DNA of 52,749 nucleotides from Nemertoderma westbladi (Eukaryota; Animalia; Xenacoelomorpha), in the NCBI GenBank assembly GCA_032718475.1, contig JAUCBJ010004461.1:1-52749 (forward strand). Direction: 5' to 3'. The position numbers and the translations under genes are program-made. Positions 1 through 13,300 of this stretch are shown one piece after another (position 1 is the stretch's first letter; every line of letters starts with the position of its first letter). The notes beneath the pieces were generated by a model that searched no databases, had not been told where the DNA came from, and saw nothing but the letters and a program-made list of their open reading frames with translations.

Positions 1-123
1 AACGCTGGAGTCTGGATCCCAGTACAGGTAAAAATCATTAGCAGAAGAGGTCATGGGGGCTGGAAGGGAGGAACCACTTATAGTCCAAAGAAGTGTAGCA
101 GTATTGTCAGCTCCATCGTAAAT
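1..123 (-). CDS. Exon 3 (runs off the window edge) of a secreted CUB-domain protein gene: C-terminal half of the CUB domain
   Basis: Minus strand reads ttttaccag|ATT TAC GAT GGA = IYDGADNTATLLWTISGSSLPAPMTSSANDFYLYWDPDSSV. The IYDG...G...P...S motif is the second half of a CUB domain, and the phase-0 acceptor matches the phase-0 donor at 5487. Confidence 0.9.
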   Translation of the reverse strand, partial: MYDGADNTATLLWTISGSSLPAPMTSSANDFYLYWDPDSSV

Positions 124-409
124 CTGGTAAAATTTAGAAAATTATACTAGGTGAGACAAATAAAAATTTTAATAGCTCCAGTAGTTTTCGAGATATGAGG
201 AGTTCCCGGCACCCGTACCATATCACTACTTTTCGGAATTTATAAAATTACTCAAAATACATCACCTTTCAAGACTTTGGTATAACCATTAAACCATATT
301 ATGCTTTATTGGTTATTCGAATTAATTATTAGTAATCGAAAGCGAAATTAGAATAAGATCTTCATTGTTTATTTTATAATAGACACTAAAAGACCAAAAA
401 TGACATGTA

Positions 410-605
410 GCTCTACTACTACTATTAGGATCGGCATGCTGCATTGCAGCTGCATTTTTAAGAATGCTGTGCCGGCTTGTCGACAAAATTGCGACGCCAA
501 AATTCCCTATCACCCATGACATTTGCTAGATCATCCGCATCTTCAAGACCAGTGTCCTTTAAGTTGCGTCTCAAGAAAGTCATGGGCCGTCCACCATGCT
601 TATTC
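410..605 (-). mobile_element. 3' end fragment of an RTE-clade LINE
   Basis: Translation GRPMTFLRRNLKDTGLEDADDLANVMGDREFWRR resembles the RTE C-terminal GRP...DTGL...M.DR..WR motif; followed by a short (TAG)n tail at about 412-425. Confidence 0.6.
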
Positions 606-659
606 ACAATACACACAGCCAAAATTAAAACCCCCGACCCCCTCACATCCAAATAGATC

Positions 660-2270
660 TGAGGGGACCGCTGATATGGAGGTATGGTGATATGGAGGGG
701 ACCGCTACCCCCGATGATAAATCCCACTCAGGGAAAGTCGACGAACCCGAGAGGCGAAGCACAGCCAACGTTGAAGGAGGCTACATCCTTACCGTCGAGT
801 GCGCTGGAAGTTCAAGCGATGGGAATGGCAACACTCATCGACGCGCTGAAAACTAGAATTGTGCTGCCGCCCATGGAGCCTTTCAAGTTTGATGGTGGTA
901 AACCGGAAGAATATCTACAGTTCCGGAGGATGTACAGCAACGAGATCTTGACAAAAAATCTCACACCTTAAATATCTACAAGTCTATACAGGGGGGGCAG
1001 CCTACGACATCGTGAGGCAATACCAAGGTATTGAAGGAGGATTCACGACCGCGTGGAGAGCCCTGGACAGGGAATTTGGCCATCCTGCGAAGATTATCCG
1101 ACCAACCTTAAGGGGAATAACATCAGGCGGACTCGCAGATAACCCCGTTAGCATCAAGACTTTCGCTAACAAAGTAGAGAAGGCTCTAATAGTGTTAAAT
1201 ACTCTAGATGCACCTTACGAACTCAATGCATCAAACAACATCACCACAATAGCGCAGGCACTACCGATTTGGCTACCGCTTTCTCCATTTGAGAAAAGAA
1301 AGGTGCAGAGCCAGGGTTGGAGGAGATGTCAAACTTCCTTAACTATGAGGCAGAGTTAATAACGGATCCAGTCTATAGTGAAGAAAGTATCGGTAATGTA
1401 CCGAAAGCGGAATGCAGCCGACCTAAACCTGAACATAGTCCGGCGTATGCATTTCCGAAAGTGAGGCAGTCCCTACTGCATGCGGCCACACAGGGGACTA
1501 CAAGTCCGTAGGGAGCTTGGAGTAGAGCCACATCGTGGCAGGGACAGAGACAAAATAACAACAGTGGTAGGTATAAACCTAATACCCCCAGTAGGCCGAG
1601 TCCAAGCAACCAAAACACCAAACCACTAAATATGAATCTAAGCGCAATATGTGAAGCGCTATATAAGGAATGCTACAATCCTGATTACAAATGTCAACTG
1701 CATAGAGATGGGACCCATAAGTCCATAGATTGTAAGCATTGGCAGGCGTTACTTAAACAAGATAGGATAGCCTATACTGGAAAGAATGGACTATGTCACC
1801 GATGCGCCGTAGGAGGGCACAGAAAGGATGAACGTCAAGAACCACCAATCAAGTATGCCGAGACTGATGAAACTGGAGGCCAGACAATGGCGATGAGCAC
1901 CATGGGAGCAAGGAGGAAGATAACAGTACTACTCGGAGTAGTATCTGTGAGAATAATAAGAGAGAACGGGCTGTCAGTTACGACGCTACTGTTGGTCGAT
2001 AGCGGGGCAGTGTTCATGCTAATGGAGAGTTGGGTTGCCGAGAAGATAGGATTACAAACCAGGCCAAGTAAAATGGCGGTGACCACGATCTCAAGTAAAA
2101 ACGCGGTCATGAAGATGAGGACGGGATGGTGTGAAATCGAAGCGATAACACCAGGGTGCGACTATGGGGCTACGATCAAACCCATAAAAATAATAGAGTC
2201 AATCAAAATCAATGCCAGGCGACCAACAAAGATCGAGATCGAGCAATACCGGTACCTGGACGACATTATT
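660..2270 (+). mobile_element. gag: Degenerate Bel/Pao gag-protease remnant (intronic, antisense to host gene)
   Basis: Broken ORFs 684-971, 1012-1359, 1317-1511, 1632-2297: FDGGKPEEYLQF and AWRALDREFG (DUF1759-like gag), Zn-knuckle relics CQLHRDGTHKSIDC and CHRCAVGGH, aspartyl protease LLVDSGA. No LTRs recognised. Confidence 0.8.
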
Positions 2271-2299
2271 CCACACTCGACATTATTCATTAATTAGTC

Positions 2300-4900
2300 C
2301 ACAGAGAACTACAGCCATAGTTTCATTATAGATATAGATTCTGATCGAACAATTCCTATCCTAATCAGACAACATCCCTTCATGCATGATAGTGTTGTCA
2401 TTGGCACCTATATTCCACCTATCTGCAATCGTAATAGTGACAAGCAGGATTATATTACTGTAAGCTATCTTATATATACACTGGCAGAGGATGCCATAGG
2501 TAATAATCAGAAACCGATTATAGCTGGCGACATCAATGGCAGTGCTCTTTTCAATAACAATGAGAACAACAACAGCTCTCGGTCTCAGCATGTTAAAAAA
2601 TCTCAATTCGTACAAATCTTTAATGATAGTGTCACTACCCCATTGGATCTTATTGCTGCTGACATGTGTAATATTGCTGCTGGGCCGCCAATCACTTTCA
2701 GGTTCTACTCAAAAGATGGACCCGTATTGAGATCCTCATACATTGACCACATCTTTATTCCCTCGAATATGGAACATAACGTAACTCGCAGTCAAGTGGC
2801 CAACCAGAAGCCAAGGAATCTGTCAGATCATACCCTTGTTAGCATAAGTCTAAGTTTTCATCATGAGGGAAAACCAATGAAAACTCACTTTCCAGATAGA
2901 CAACGGCAACAAAGGTAATACATACCTTTTCAGCGAAGCAACTGAAGCTAAGTTAAATAGTTATCAAGACTACGTGCACAATACTATCATCAACTCTCCA
3001 TTATATACAACAAGGTTCCATAATACGGACATGATAGACTCAGCCCTAGAGACAATATCTAATGCACTATTAAAATCATCATCGAACAATATTCCATTTT
3101 TCTATAAGAAACAACCCAAAAGTAGAAATGCAGGATCATGCACCAGAGCATTATAACTTCTCAAGAGGAACCACAACAATGACACCTTATTGGGGAGAAT
3201 GGCTAATGAAAGAGCAGATTGGATTAAAGATGGGCAGCCTACAGATCATCCCAATATAACGTGGCAAAACTACAAGTCAGCCACCATAGGTATGCCACCA
3301 GGCATTCAGAAGACAACAAGCAAGGCAAGAGAGCCTTTCATATCACGAATGTGTCAATTCATTAGCGATTATTATTCAATTCATTAGCGATTATTTTTCA
3401 ATTCCTAAGCGATTATGTCATTCAAATGATCAGAAATTCTGGCGCTTCATAAAAGAGCAGAGCAATAATTATGAGTTACCACACCACACATCACATGACA
3501 TTCTGAATCTATATACAGAAAAGTTCTCATATGTTGGGGACCATGCTGGAGAATTAGATGAGAAAGAGCAAACATTTAACCTCAGTAGAAACCATCACAA
3601 CCGAAATGACTCGGTAATCTTACAAACTAAAGATATTGAAGATGCAATTACAACCTTGAATAATAGAAAGGCTGCAGATATCTATAATCGGGTGGCTGAA
3701 CATCTGTTATATGCGAGGAATACCTCACTGTGTGAATTCATTGCAAGATTGTTCAATTCTATGAGGGAACTGGAATATTACCACAGCAAACTAAGCCTAT
3801 CCCTAATCACACCTGTCCTGAAGCGATCAAATCTTGATAAAACAAGGGCAAACAATTACCGCGCAATCACCATACTGGCTTTAATCGCTAAACTCTGGGA
3901 AGCTACTATTGTGAAGGAACTGCAATGCCTTTCCTCCAGTGAACTACAACTTGCATACAAAAAGAAAACAAGCACAGAAGTGACCTACATGGCCACAACT
4001 AGAATTATTGACTATTTTAATAAACATAATTCTCGAGTTTATGCACTGTCACTCGACTTGAAAGCATCGTTTGATACTGTCAGCTATGAAAGCTATTTGA
4101 GCTCCTTGACGAAACTAAGATTCCCACCAGCCTAATTAATATGTTTGTTAAAATAATGCTACACTATCTTTTTGCATCCGTTAATGTACAGCACTCTGGT
4201 TAGATCTACGATAATAAGATTAATTTCTGGCAGGGCGTTGGACAAGGTGGGATATTATCACCAATAATGCTCTTCAATTTCTATTTATCAAAGCTGTTTA
4301 CAAACATTGAAAACTCTGCACTTGGAGTCCACCTAGCGTCAAAATCTTACGGAATAGTTGGATACACCGATGATATCATGCTATTGGCTAACTTGAAGAG
4401 TGACCTAATCAAAATGGCTAACATCAGCTATAATTTCTTCAATAATAACCTTCACCCGAATACAAATATAGGAAAGACAGACTATATGGTTTTTGGCTCA
4501 GATGGAGAAACTATCACCGGGGATGAATTAAAAATAGATAGCATTTGAATATCTTTATCTTCTTGCAAACTGTCTATATACTTAGGACTACCTTTACCCT
4601 GTACAAATAACAATATTATAAATTGCATACAAGCTGAAACTTACGTCCAACTCAACCGCCTCGGGACGAAGGGCTTTGGGATTCATGAAGTTGCCCTTGA
4701 CGTAATAGCAAAGATCTGGAAGCATGTGTGTACACCCGCACTCTTATATGGAATAAGCACTCGCAGCAACTTAGTGATAGTTAAGGTTATAGACATATTG
4801 CATGAAGCTATCAGGAAAATCATCAAATGTGGCAACTATATCTCCAATTACGCTATAGAAAACTTATGAGGCAAGGTGAACTCAGGTAACACCTCATGAA
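2300..4900 (+). mobile_element. Degenerate non-LTR retrotransposon (APE endonuclease + RT; RTE-X-like)
   Basis: APE motifs IIAGDIN, SYIDHIFI, NLSDH (2382-2918); RT motifs AEHL, NYRAITIL, LDLKASFDTV, QGGILSP, YTDD (3656-4548); many stops and frameshifts. Confidence 0.85.
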
Positions 4901-4912
4901 AATCTTAGTTCT

Positions 4913-4957
4913 TAGTCAGTAGTCAGTAGCCAGTAGTCAGTGGCCAGTAGTCAGTAG
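4913..4957. repeat. (TAGTCAG)n 7-bp microsatellite, possibly a LINE tail
   Basis: About 6 imperfect copies directly after the LINE body. Confidence 0.7.
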
Positions 4958-5191
4958 TTTTTTTTCTTACAGTAATCAAGTCTAACGACTTGCTAAATAT
5001 ATATAAAATTAATTCCATTGTCATGCCATTGCCATTCTTCGCAAGTCTTTAATTATAATTTTCTTTGCATGAGAGACATTTTAGAGTTCTAAATTAAGGA
5101 TTATTATCTTTTATCTGACTGGAGTAATATAAGATAGGATAATATATTCAAGCAACAAAGTCTTGCAATAAATAACATTTATTTCCTCCAT

Positions 5192-5268
5192 ACCCTAACG
5201 TGTCTTAAGTATAATATGATATCTCTAAAGGGGGGAGTTTGGATTCACTCCATAAATGCAGTTCACCA
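5192..5268 (-). repeat. Diverged fragment of the repeat family duplicated at 42804-48857
   Basis: Reverse complement tggtgaactgcatttatggagtgaatccaaactccccc...atacttaagacacgttagggt aligns to 45193-45265. Confidence 0.75.
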
Positions 5269-5487
5269 TTTTTCATTCATAATTCTTCCAGTCACAGTAT
5301 ATATTTACATCCCATCTGTAAAAATGGCCCGAAACCGTTCGAATCCAAATGATATAATTATTATTACTTAAACCAGACATTAATTATTATATTATTCATA
5401 AGGTATAAGTATATGTCCATAGAGCACAGTAAATTTTTTAGTGAAATTAACAGTAAAATTAAAGAAGTAAGTGGTTTTTATACTTAC

Positions 5488-5660
5488 GTAAAGATAATCA
5501 AATCCACTTTCTATATCAATAAGATCCCAGGTGAGGACAATATCACTACCGGCAGGTCCGTGGATATGGTAACCGCATTCCAGATAGTTGCCGTAAAAGT
5601 TCGGATGGTTTGGAGACTGGATGACACCGGTGGTAGCATCGTAATAGTTAGCGGGACAAG
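5488..5660 (-). CDS. Exon 2 of the secreted CUB-domain protein gene: N-terminal half of the CUB domain
   Basis: tttcag|CT TGT ... CTT TAC|gtaagt; 173 bp, phase 1 to 0; reads CPANYYDATTGVIQSPNHPNFYGNYLECGYHIHGPAGSDIVLTWDLIDIESGFDYLY (CUB consensus G.I.SP.YP..Y....C.Y.I...D.E...DYL). Confidence 0.92.
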
Positions 5661-6475
5661 CTGAAATATATAATATTCAAATTATATTACAGCTGACAGT
5701 ACTCATAACAGAATAAAGATAAAAATAATTAAAATAAAATACTAGCCAAGTAAACTTATGTTCGTCCTTTTAGGCCATTAATATTGAGAGGTATTTCTGA
5801 GGAGGTAGTCCTATAATGTAAAGCATTATTCCCGCCGAAATGAAAATTTACCTAGCACCCTTGAGGCGCGGCGCCTGAACCCAGATTATAATTGAAGTTT
5901 CTACAAGAACTGAACAGTAAATGTTATAAATAAATGTTATACTTAGCATAATATTTATAACTACTCGGTATTGTTATTATATTTTATATAAGTTATTGTT
6001 CATAAAATATATCTTTATAGCGTTGCGGCACGAGTTATTGGCGGTTAAGGTGTTGTGTTTCCCAACAATAACTATTTACATTATGACGTCAAATGTAGCA
6101 CATTTCAGCGTTTCCGGTATGACCCGGGTATTTCTGTAAAGAATGAACGCAGGTTTACATAAATATACGAGGGTAAACCGCTGAATATCGCCCCTTTTAC
6201 ACAATGGTGTATATGTGTGTATATTATATGTATATATGTGTATACAGTATGTAGTTTTGTTACATTGAGTCAACTTAACAGCATTCTGAATACTTGATTA
6301 TTAGCTTAAATATTGTAATGATTAGTGATAATGAGAAATTCATATCATTTTTAATTGCAGTTACTGTAACAACAAACTCTAGAAGTATATTGTTACTAAG
6401 AAAACATAATGTAAACATAACACACATAATAAAATATTATTAAAATAATAAACATTAAATATAATGTATTTGCGT

Positions 6476-6708
6476 CACTCTCACAACATTTTAACCGCTC
6501 CCCCACAGCGCTCTCACCGCTCTCTCACAGCGCTCTCACCGTTCTCTCACAGCGCTCTCACCGTTCTCTCACAGCGCTGTCACCGTTCTCTCACAGCGCT
6601 GTCACCGTTCTCTCACAGCGCTGTCACCGTTCTCTCACAGCGCTGTCACCGCTTTCTCACAGCGCTCTCACCGTTCTCTTACAGCGCTCTCACCGTTCTC
6701 TCACAGCA
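6476..6708. repeat. 21-bp minisatellite, block A (CTCTCACAGCGCTGTCACCGT)
   Basis: About 10 tandem copies; same unit as 8571-9805. Confidence 0.95.
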
Positions 6709-8570
6709 TTTAAAATGGAAAACGCATTTAAAACATTTAAAAGGGAAATGCGACATAATAAGAAAAATTTTATAAAAAATAAGGCGAACAAAATTGCGGA
6801 ATCTCATCTGAAAAGGATTACAATACTTTCTGGAAAGATGTACAAAAACAGGGTAAGGTAAATGTGCCACTGCCAAATGTAGTAAGTGGTGAAGTAGGTG
6901 GTGTAGATATTTGTGAACTGTTTACTGATGAATATTCCAATTTATTAAATTCTAATTCGAACAGTAGAATTTCTAACGAAGAGATTGATGCATTATTAAA
7001 AACTGTAAATATTTCTTCGTCGGAACATATCTCTGTTGGTGAAGTTAAGTGTGCAATTTCTAACTTAAGTTTTGATAAATCACCAGGTCCAGATAACTTG
7101 GCAGCTGAACATTTTAAACATAGTAATAGTCACCGTTTAAATGTTTTGTTAGCTTTATTGTTTAACTCGATGGTTTTTCATGGGTATATGCCAGAAGGAA
7201 TTATTCATAGTTTGATAATTCCCGTGATTAAAGATAAAAATGGTAGTATTCAAGAGAAATCTAATTACAGGCCGGTTGCTATAGCTACTATTATAAGTAA
7301 GATATTTGAATACATAATATTATCTCGTATTGAGTCTCATATTATTACAAGTGAATATCAGTTTGGGTTTAAACGTGGTAGTGGTACAGAGGTGTGCATT
7401 AATACACTAAAGGAAATAATAAATTACTACATATCTAATAACTCTCCAGTATATATTTGTTTTTGTGATGCCTCGAAGGCATTTGATAGACTCGATCATA
7501 ACTTACTATTTCAGAAACTTATTTCCATAAATATTCCTATTTACATTGTGCGTATCATTGCTTATTGGTATAGAAATCAATCAATTAGGGTCAAATGGGG
7601 TTCTACATTATCTAGGTTATTCTCGTTCAATGGTGTCAAACAGGGTGGTATTTTGTCTCCGTATTTGTTCAATCTCTATATGGATGACTTATTAAGTTAG
7701 TTAAGTAGCTTGTAATGTTGGTTGTATGCTAGTTGGTAACTGTCTAAATCATTTAATGTATGCTGACGATATTTGTCTGATATCAAATTCTGCATTAGGG
7801 TTACAGCGCCTTTTGGATTGTTGTGCAACGTTTGCTGTCTCTCATATTCATTTTAATTTAAGAAAACTAAAGTTATGCATATAATTCCATCAGGTTGTAA
7901 GTTAAATTCATTTGCATCTTTATTTCTAAACGATCATGTTATTCCAAGAACCAATACATACAATTATTTAGGTCACATTTTTTATGATACCTGTGATGAT
8001 GATTATGATATAAATTAGTTTATAAGAGGTTTATGTGCAAGAGGAAACTCCCTCGTTCGAAAGTTTTCTGCCTGCTCTGTACCGACTAAGGTTATGTTGT
8101 TCCGTGCATACTTAACACCGTTGTATTGCAATGCCTTGTGGGCTCGTAGTAACTTTTCCGCTGGCGTTTACATGTACACAAGGGCTAGAGTTGCATATAA
8201 CAATGCTGCAAGAATGCTATTTAAGATCCCTCACAGGAGTAGTATGTCTCAATTCTTTGGTGTTCATAACCTTCCTTGTTTTATACATATTAGGTACCGC
8301 TCAATTTCAAGTTTAAATTCACGTATAATTAACTCCAGCTGTAGTTTGGTAACCTGTGTCTGTCTATAATGAGTCCTATTCTAGAATTCGGGCCATGTGC
8401 GATTTAGAATTGTCAACTTAATTAGAAACTATTATTGTCATATTGTGCTACTGCTACTTAATACTACTGTAGGTTGCATTATTTTTAGATTACGATATGG
8501 GAGATTTATTTTATTGCTGTTAATAGTAATAATTTTAAATTTTCTGGATTAAAGATGATAATAATAATAA
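6709..8570 (+). mobile_element. 5'-truncated RTE-X-like LINE inserted in the 21-bp minisatellite
   Basis: RT ORF 6864-7700 (KSPGPD..AEHF, NYRPVAI, QFGFK, DASKAFD, GVKQGGILSPYLFN), continuing by frameshift to YADD (~7760) and YLG; ends in a (TAA)n tail at 8556-8570. Confidence 0.9.
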
Positions 8571-9805
8571 CAGTGCTGTCACCAGTCTCTCACAGCACTG
8601 TCACCGCTCTCTCACAGCACTGTCACCACTCTCTCACAGCACTGTTACCGCTCTCTCACAGCGCTGTCACCACTCTCTCACAGCGCTGTCACCACTCTCT
8701 CACATCGCTGTCACCACTCTCTCACAGCGCTGTCACAGCTCTCTCACAGTGCTATTACCGCTCTCTTACAGCACTGTCACCAATCTCTCACAGCACTGTC
8801 ACCGCTCTCTCACAGCACTGTCACCAATCTCTCACAGCACTGTCACCGCTCTCTCACATCGCTGTCACCACTCTCTCACAGCGCTGTCACAGCTCACTCA
8901 CACCGCTGTTACCGCTCTCTCACAGCACTGTCATTGCTCTCTCACAGCACTGTCACCACTCTCTCACAGCACTGTCACCGCTCTCTCACAGCGCTGTCAC
9001 AGCTCGCTCACAGCGCTGTCACCACTCTCTCACAGCACTGTCACCACTCTCTAACAGCACTGTCACCGCTCTCTTACAGCGCTGTCACCGCTCTCTCACA
9101 GCACTGTTACCGCTCTCTCACAGCGCTGTCACCACTCTCTCACAGCGCTGTCACCACTCTCTCACAGCACTGTCACTGCCTCACAGCACTGTCACCACTC
9201 TCTCACAGCACTGTGACCGCTGTCACACAGCGCTGTCACAGCTCGCTCACAGCGCTGTCACAACTCTCTCACAGCAATGTCACTGCTCTCTCACAGAGCT
9301 GTCACCGCTCACTCACACCGCTGTTACCGCTCTCTCACAGCACTGTCACTGCTCTCTCACAGCACTGTCACCACTCTCTCACAGCACTGTCACCGCTCTC
9401 TCACAGCGCTGTCACAGCTCGCTCACAGCGCTGTCACCACTCTCTCACAGCACTGTCACCACTCTCTCACAGCTCTGTCACCGCTCTCTTACAGCGCTGT
9501 CACAGCTCTCTCACAGCGCTGTCACCGCTCTCTCACAGCGCTGTCACCACTCTCTCACAGCACTGTCACGACTCTGTCACCGCGCCGTAACCGCTCTATC
9601 ACAGCACTGCCACCGCTCTCATCACTCTTTCACCGCACTGTCACCACTCTCTCACAGCGCTGTCACCACTCTCTCACAGCGCTGTCACCACTCTCTCACA
9701 GCGCTGTCACCACTCTCTCACATCACTGTCACCGCTCTCTCACAGCGCTGTCACCGCTCTCTCACAGCACTGTCACGACTCTCTCACCGCGCTGATAGCT
9801 CTCTC
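8571..9805. repeat. 21-bp minisatellite, block B
   Basis: Tandem CTCTCACAGC(G/A)CTGTCACC(A/G)CT-type units; core ACAGCGCTGT is palindromic. Confidence 0.95.
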
Positions 9806-10320
9806 AGACCAACACCACCATATCAGCCCATAAAATCACATTGGCAACACGGACCAACACCCCAATATCAGAACATAAAAACGCATTGGCAACACGGACC
9901 AACAACCCCCGTATCAGAACACACCAACACATTGGCAACACGGACCAACACCACGATATCAGAACAACAAAACACATTGGCAACACAGACCAACACCCCC
10001 ATATCAGCACATAAAAACACATTGGCAACACGGAGCAACACCCTCATATCAGAAGAACAAAGCACATTGGCAACACGGACCAACACCCCAATATCAGAAC
10101 ATAAAAACGCATTGGCAACACGGACCAACAACCCCCATATCAGAACACACCAACACATTGGCAACACAGACCAACACCCCCATATCAACACATAAAAACT
10201 CATTGGCAACACGGAGCAACACCCCCATATCAGGACAGCAAAGCACATTGGCAACACGGACCAACACCACCATATCAGCACATAAAAACGCATTGGCAAC
10301 ACGGAGCAACATCCCATATA
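9806..10320. repeat. Diverged ~40-bp satellite variant (CATTGGCAACACGGACCAACACCCC...) at the array edge
   Basis: About 13 copies; alignable to the main satellite core CATTGACAAACACAGATCAACACC. Confidence 0.9.
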
Positions 10321-13300
10321 AGCACCACACCTTGACAAACACAGATCAACACCCCCCTATAAGCACCACGCATTGACAAACACAGATCAACACCCCATAT
10401 AAGCACACTAGCATTTACAAACACAGATGAACACCACCATATAAGCACCACTCATTGACAAAAACAGATCAACACTACCGTATCAAAATTCGCGCATTGA
10501 CAAACACATATCAACACACCACCATATAAGCACCACGCATTGACAAACACAGATCAGCACCCCCTTTAAGCACACACGGATTGACAAACACAGATCAACA
10601 CCCCATATAAGCACCACGCATTGACAAACACAGATCAGCACCCCCCTATAAGCACCACGCATTGACAAACACAGATCAGCACCCCCCTATAAGCACACAC
10701 GCATTGACAAACACATATCAACACCCCATATAAGCACCACGCATTGACAAACACAGATCAGCACCCCCTATAAGCACCACGCATTGACAAACACAGATCA
10801 ACACCACCATATAAGCATTCGCGCATTGACAAACACAGATCAACACCCCATATAAGCACCACGCATTGACAAACACAGACCAACACCCCATATAAGCACC
10901 ACGCATTGACAAACACAGATCAAAACCACCATATCAGCACCACGAATTGACAAACACAGATCAGCACCCTCCCCCCCTATAAGCACACACGCATTGACAA
11001 ACACAGATCAGCACCCCCTATAAGCACACACGCATTGACAAACACATATCAACACCCCATATAAGCACCACGCATTGACAAACACAGATCAGCACCCCCC
11101 TATAAGCACCACGCATTGACAAACACAGATAAACACCACCATATCAGCATTCGCGCATTGACAAACACAGATGAACACCACCATATAGGCACCACGCATT
11201 GACAAACACAGATCAACACAACCATATAAGCATACACGCATTGACAAACACAGATGAACACCACCATATAAGCATACACGTATACACGCATACACACATT
11301 GACAAACACAGATCAGCACCCCCATATAAGCACCACGCATTGACAAACACAGATCAACACCCAAATATAAGCACACACGCATTTACAAACACAGATTAAC
11401 ACCACCATATAAGCACCACGCATTGACAAATACAGATCAACACCCCCATACAAGCATTCGCACATTAACAAATACAGATCAACACACCCCATATAAGCAC
11501 ACATGCAATTACAAACACAGATGAACACCACCATATAAGCACAACTCATTGACAAACACAGATCAACACCCAAATATAAGCATACACGCATTGACAAACA
11601 TAGATGAACACCACCATATAAGCACACACGCATTGACAAACACATATCAACACACCCCATATAAGCATACACGCATTGACAAACATAGATGAACACCACC
11701 ATATAAGCACACACGCATTGACAAACACATATCAACACACCCCATATAAGCATACACGCATTGACAAACACAGATCAGCACCCCCCTATAAGCACACACG
11801 CATTGACAAACACAGATCAACACCACCATATAAGCATTCGCGCATTGACAAACACAGATCATCACCACCATATAAGCATTCGCGCATTGACAAATACAGA
11901 TCAACACACCCCATATAAGCACACATGCATTTACAAACATAGATGAACACCACCATATAAGCACAACTCATTGACAAACACAGATCAACAACCACCTATA
12001 AGCACACACGCATTTACAAACACAGATGAACACCACCATATAAGCACCACTCATTGACAAACACAGATCAACACCCAAATATAAGCATACACGCATTGAC
12101 AAACATAGATGAACACCACCATATAAGCACACACGCATTGACAAACACAGATCAGCACCCCCCTATAAGCACACACGCATTGACAAACACAGATCAACAC
12201 CACCATATAAGCATTCGCGCATTGACAAACACAGATCAGCACCCCCTATAAACGCACATGCATTAACAAACACAGATGAACACCACCATATAAGCACCAG
12301 TCATTGACAAACACAGATCAGCACCCCCCTATAAAGCACCACGCATTGACAAACACATATCAACACACCACCATATAAGCACCACGCATTGACAAACACA
12401 GATCAGCACCCCCCTATAAGCACACACAGATTGACAAACACATATCAACACACCACCATATAAGCACCACGCATTGACAAACACAGATCAGCACCCCCCT
12501 ATAAGCACACACAAATTGACAAACACAGATCAACACCCCATATAAGAACCACGCATTGACAAACACAGATCAGCACCCCCATGTAAGCACACACGCATTG
12601 ACAAACACAGATTAACACCCCCATATAAGCACACACAGATTGACAAACACAGATCAACACCCCATATAAGCACCACGCATTGACAAACACAGATCAGTAC
12701 CCCCCTATAAGCACCACGCATTGACAAACACAGATCAACACCCCCTATAAGCACCACGCATTGACAAAATCAGATCAACACCACCATATCAGCATTCGCG
12801 CATTGACAAACACAGATCAGCACCCCCATATAAGCACACACGCATTGACAAACACAGATCAACACCCCCCTATAAGCACCGCGCATTGACAAACACAGAT
12901 CAACACCACCATATCAGCATTCGCGCATTGACAAACACAGATCAACACCCCCCCATAAGCACCACGCATTGACAAACACAGATCAACACCACCATATAAG
13001 CACACACGCATTGACAAACACAGATCAACACCCCCCTATAAGTACCACGCATTGACAAACACAGATCAACACCACCATATCAGCATTCGCGCATTGACAA
13101 ACACAAATCAACACCCCATATAAGCACCACACCTTGACAAACACAGATCAACACCCCCCTATAAGCACCACGCATTGACAAACACAGATCAACACCCCAT
13201 ATAAGCACACACGCATTGACAAACACAGATCAACACCCCATATAAGCACCACGCGTTGACAAACACAGATCAACACCACCATATCAGCATTCGCGCATTG

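Noticed and set aside
5413-5664. Plus-strand 83-aa ORF (and likewise 19697-19939)
   Set aside because: Antisense shadows of the CUB gene exons.
6060-6145. Extra minus-strand exon after a ttctttacag acceptor
   Set aside because: Stops in all three frames within a short distance and no convincing donor.
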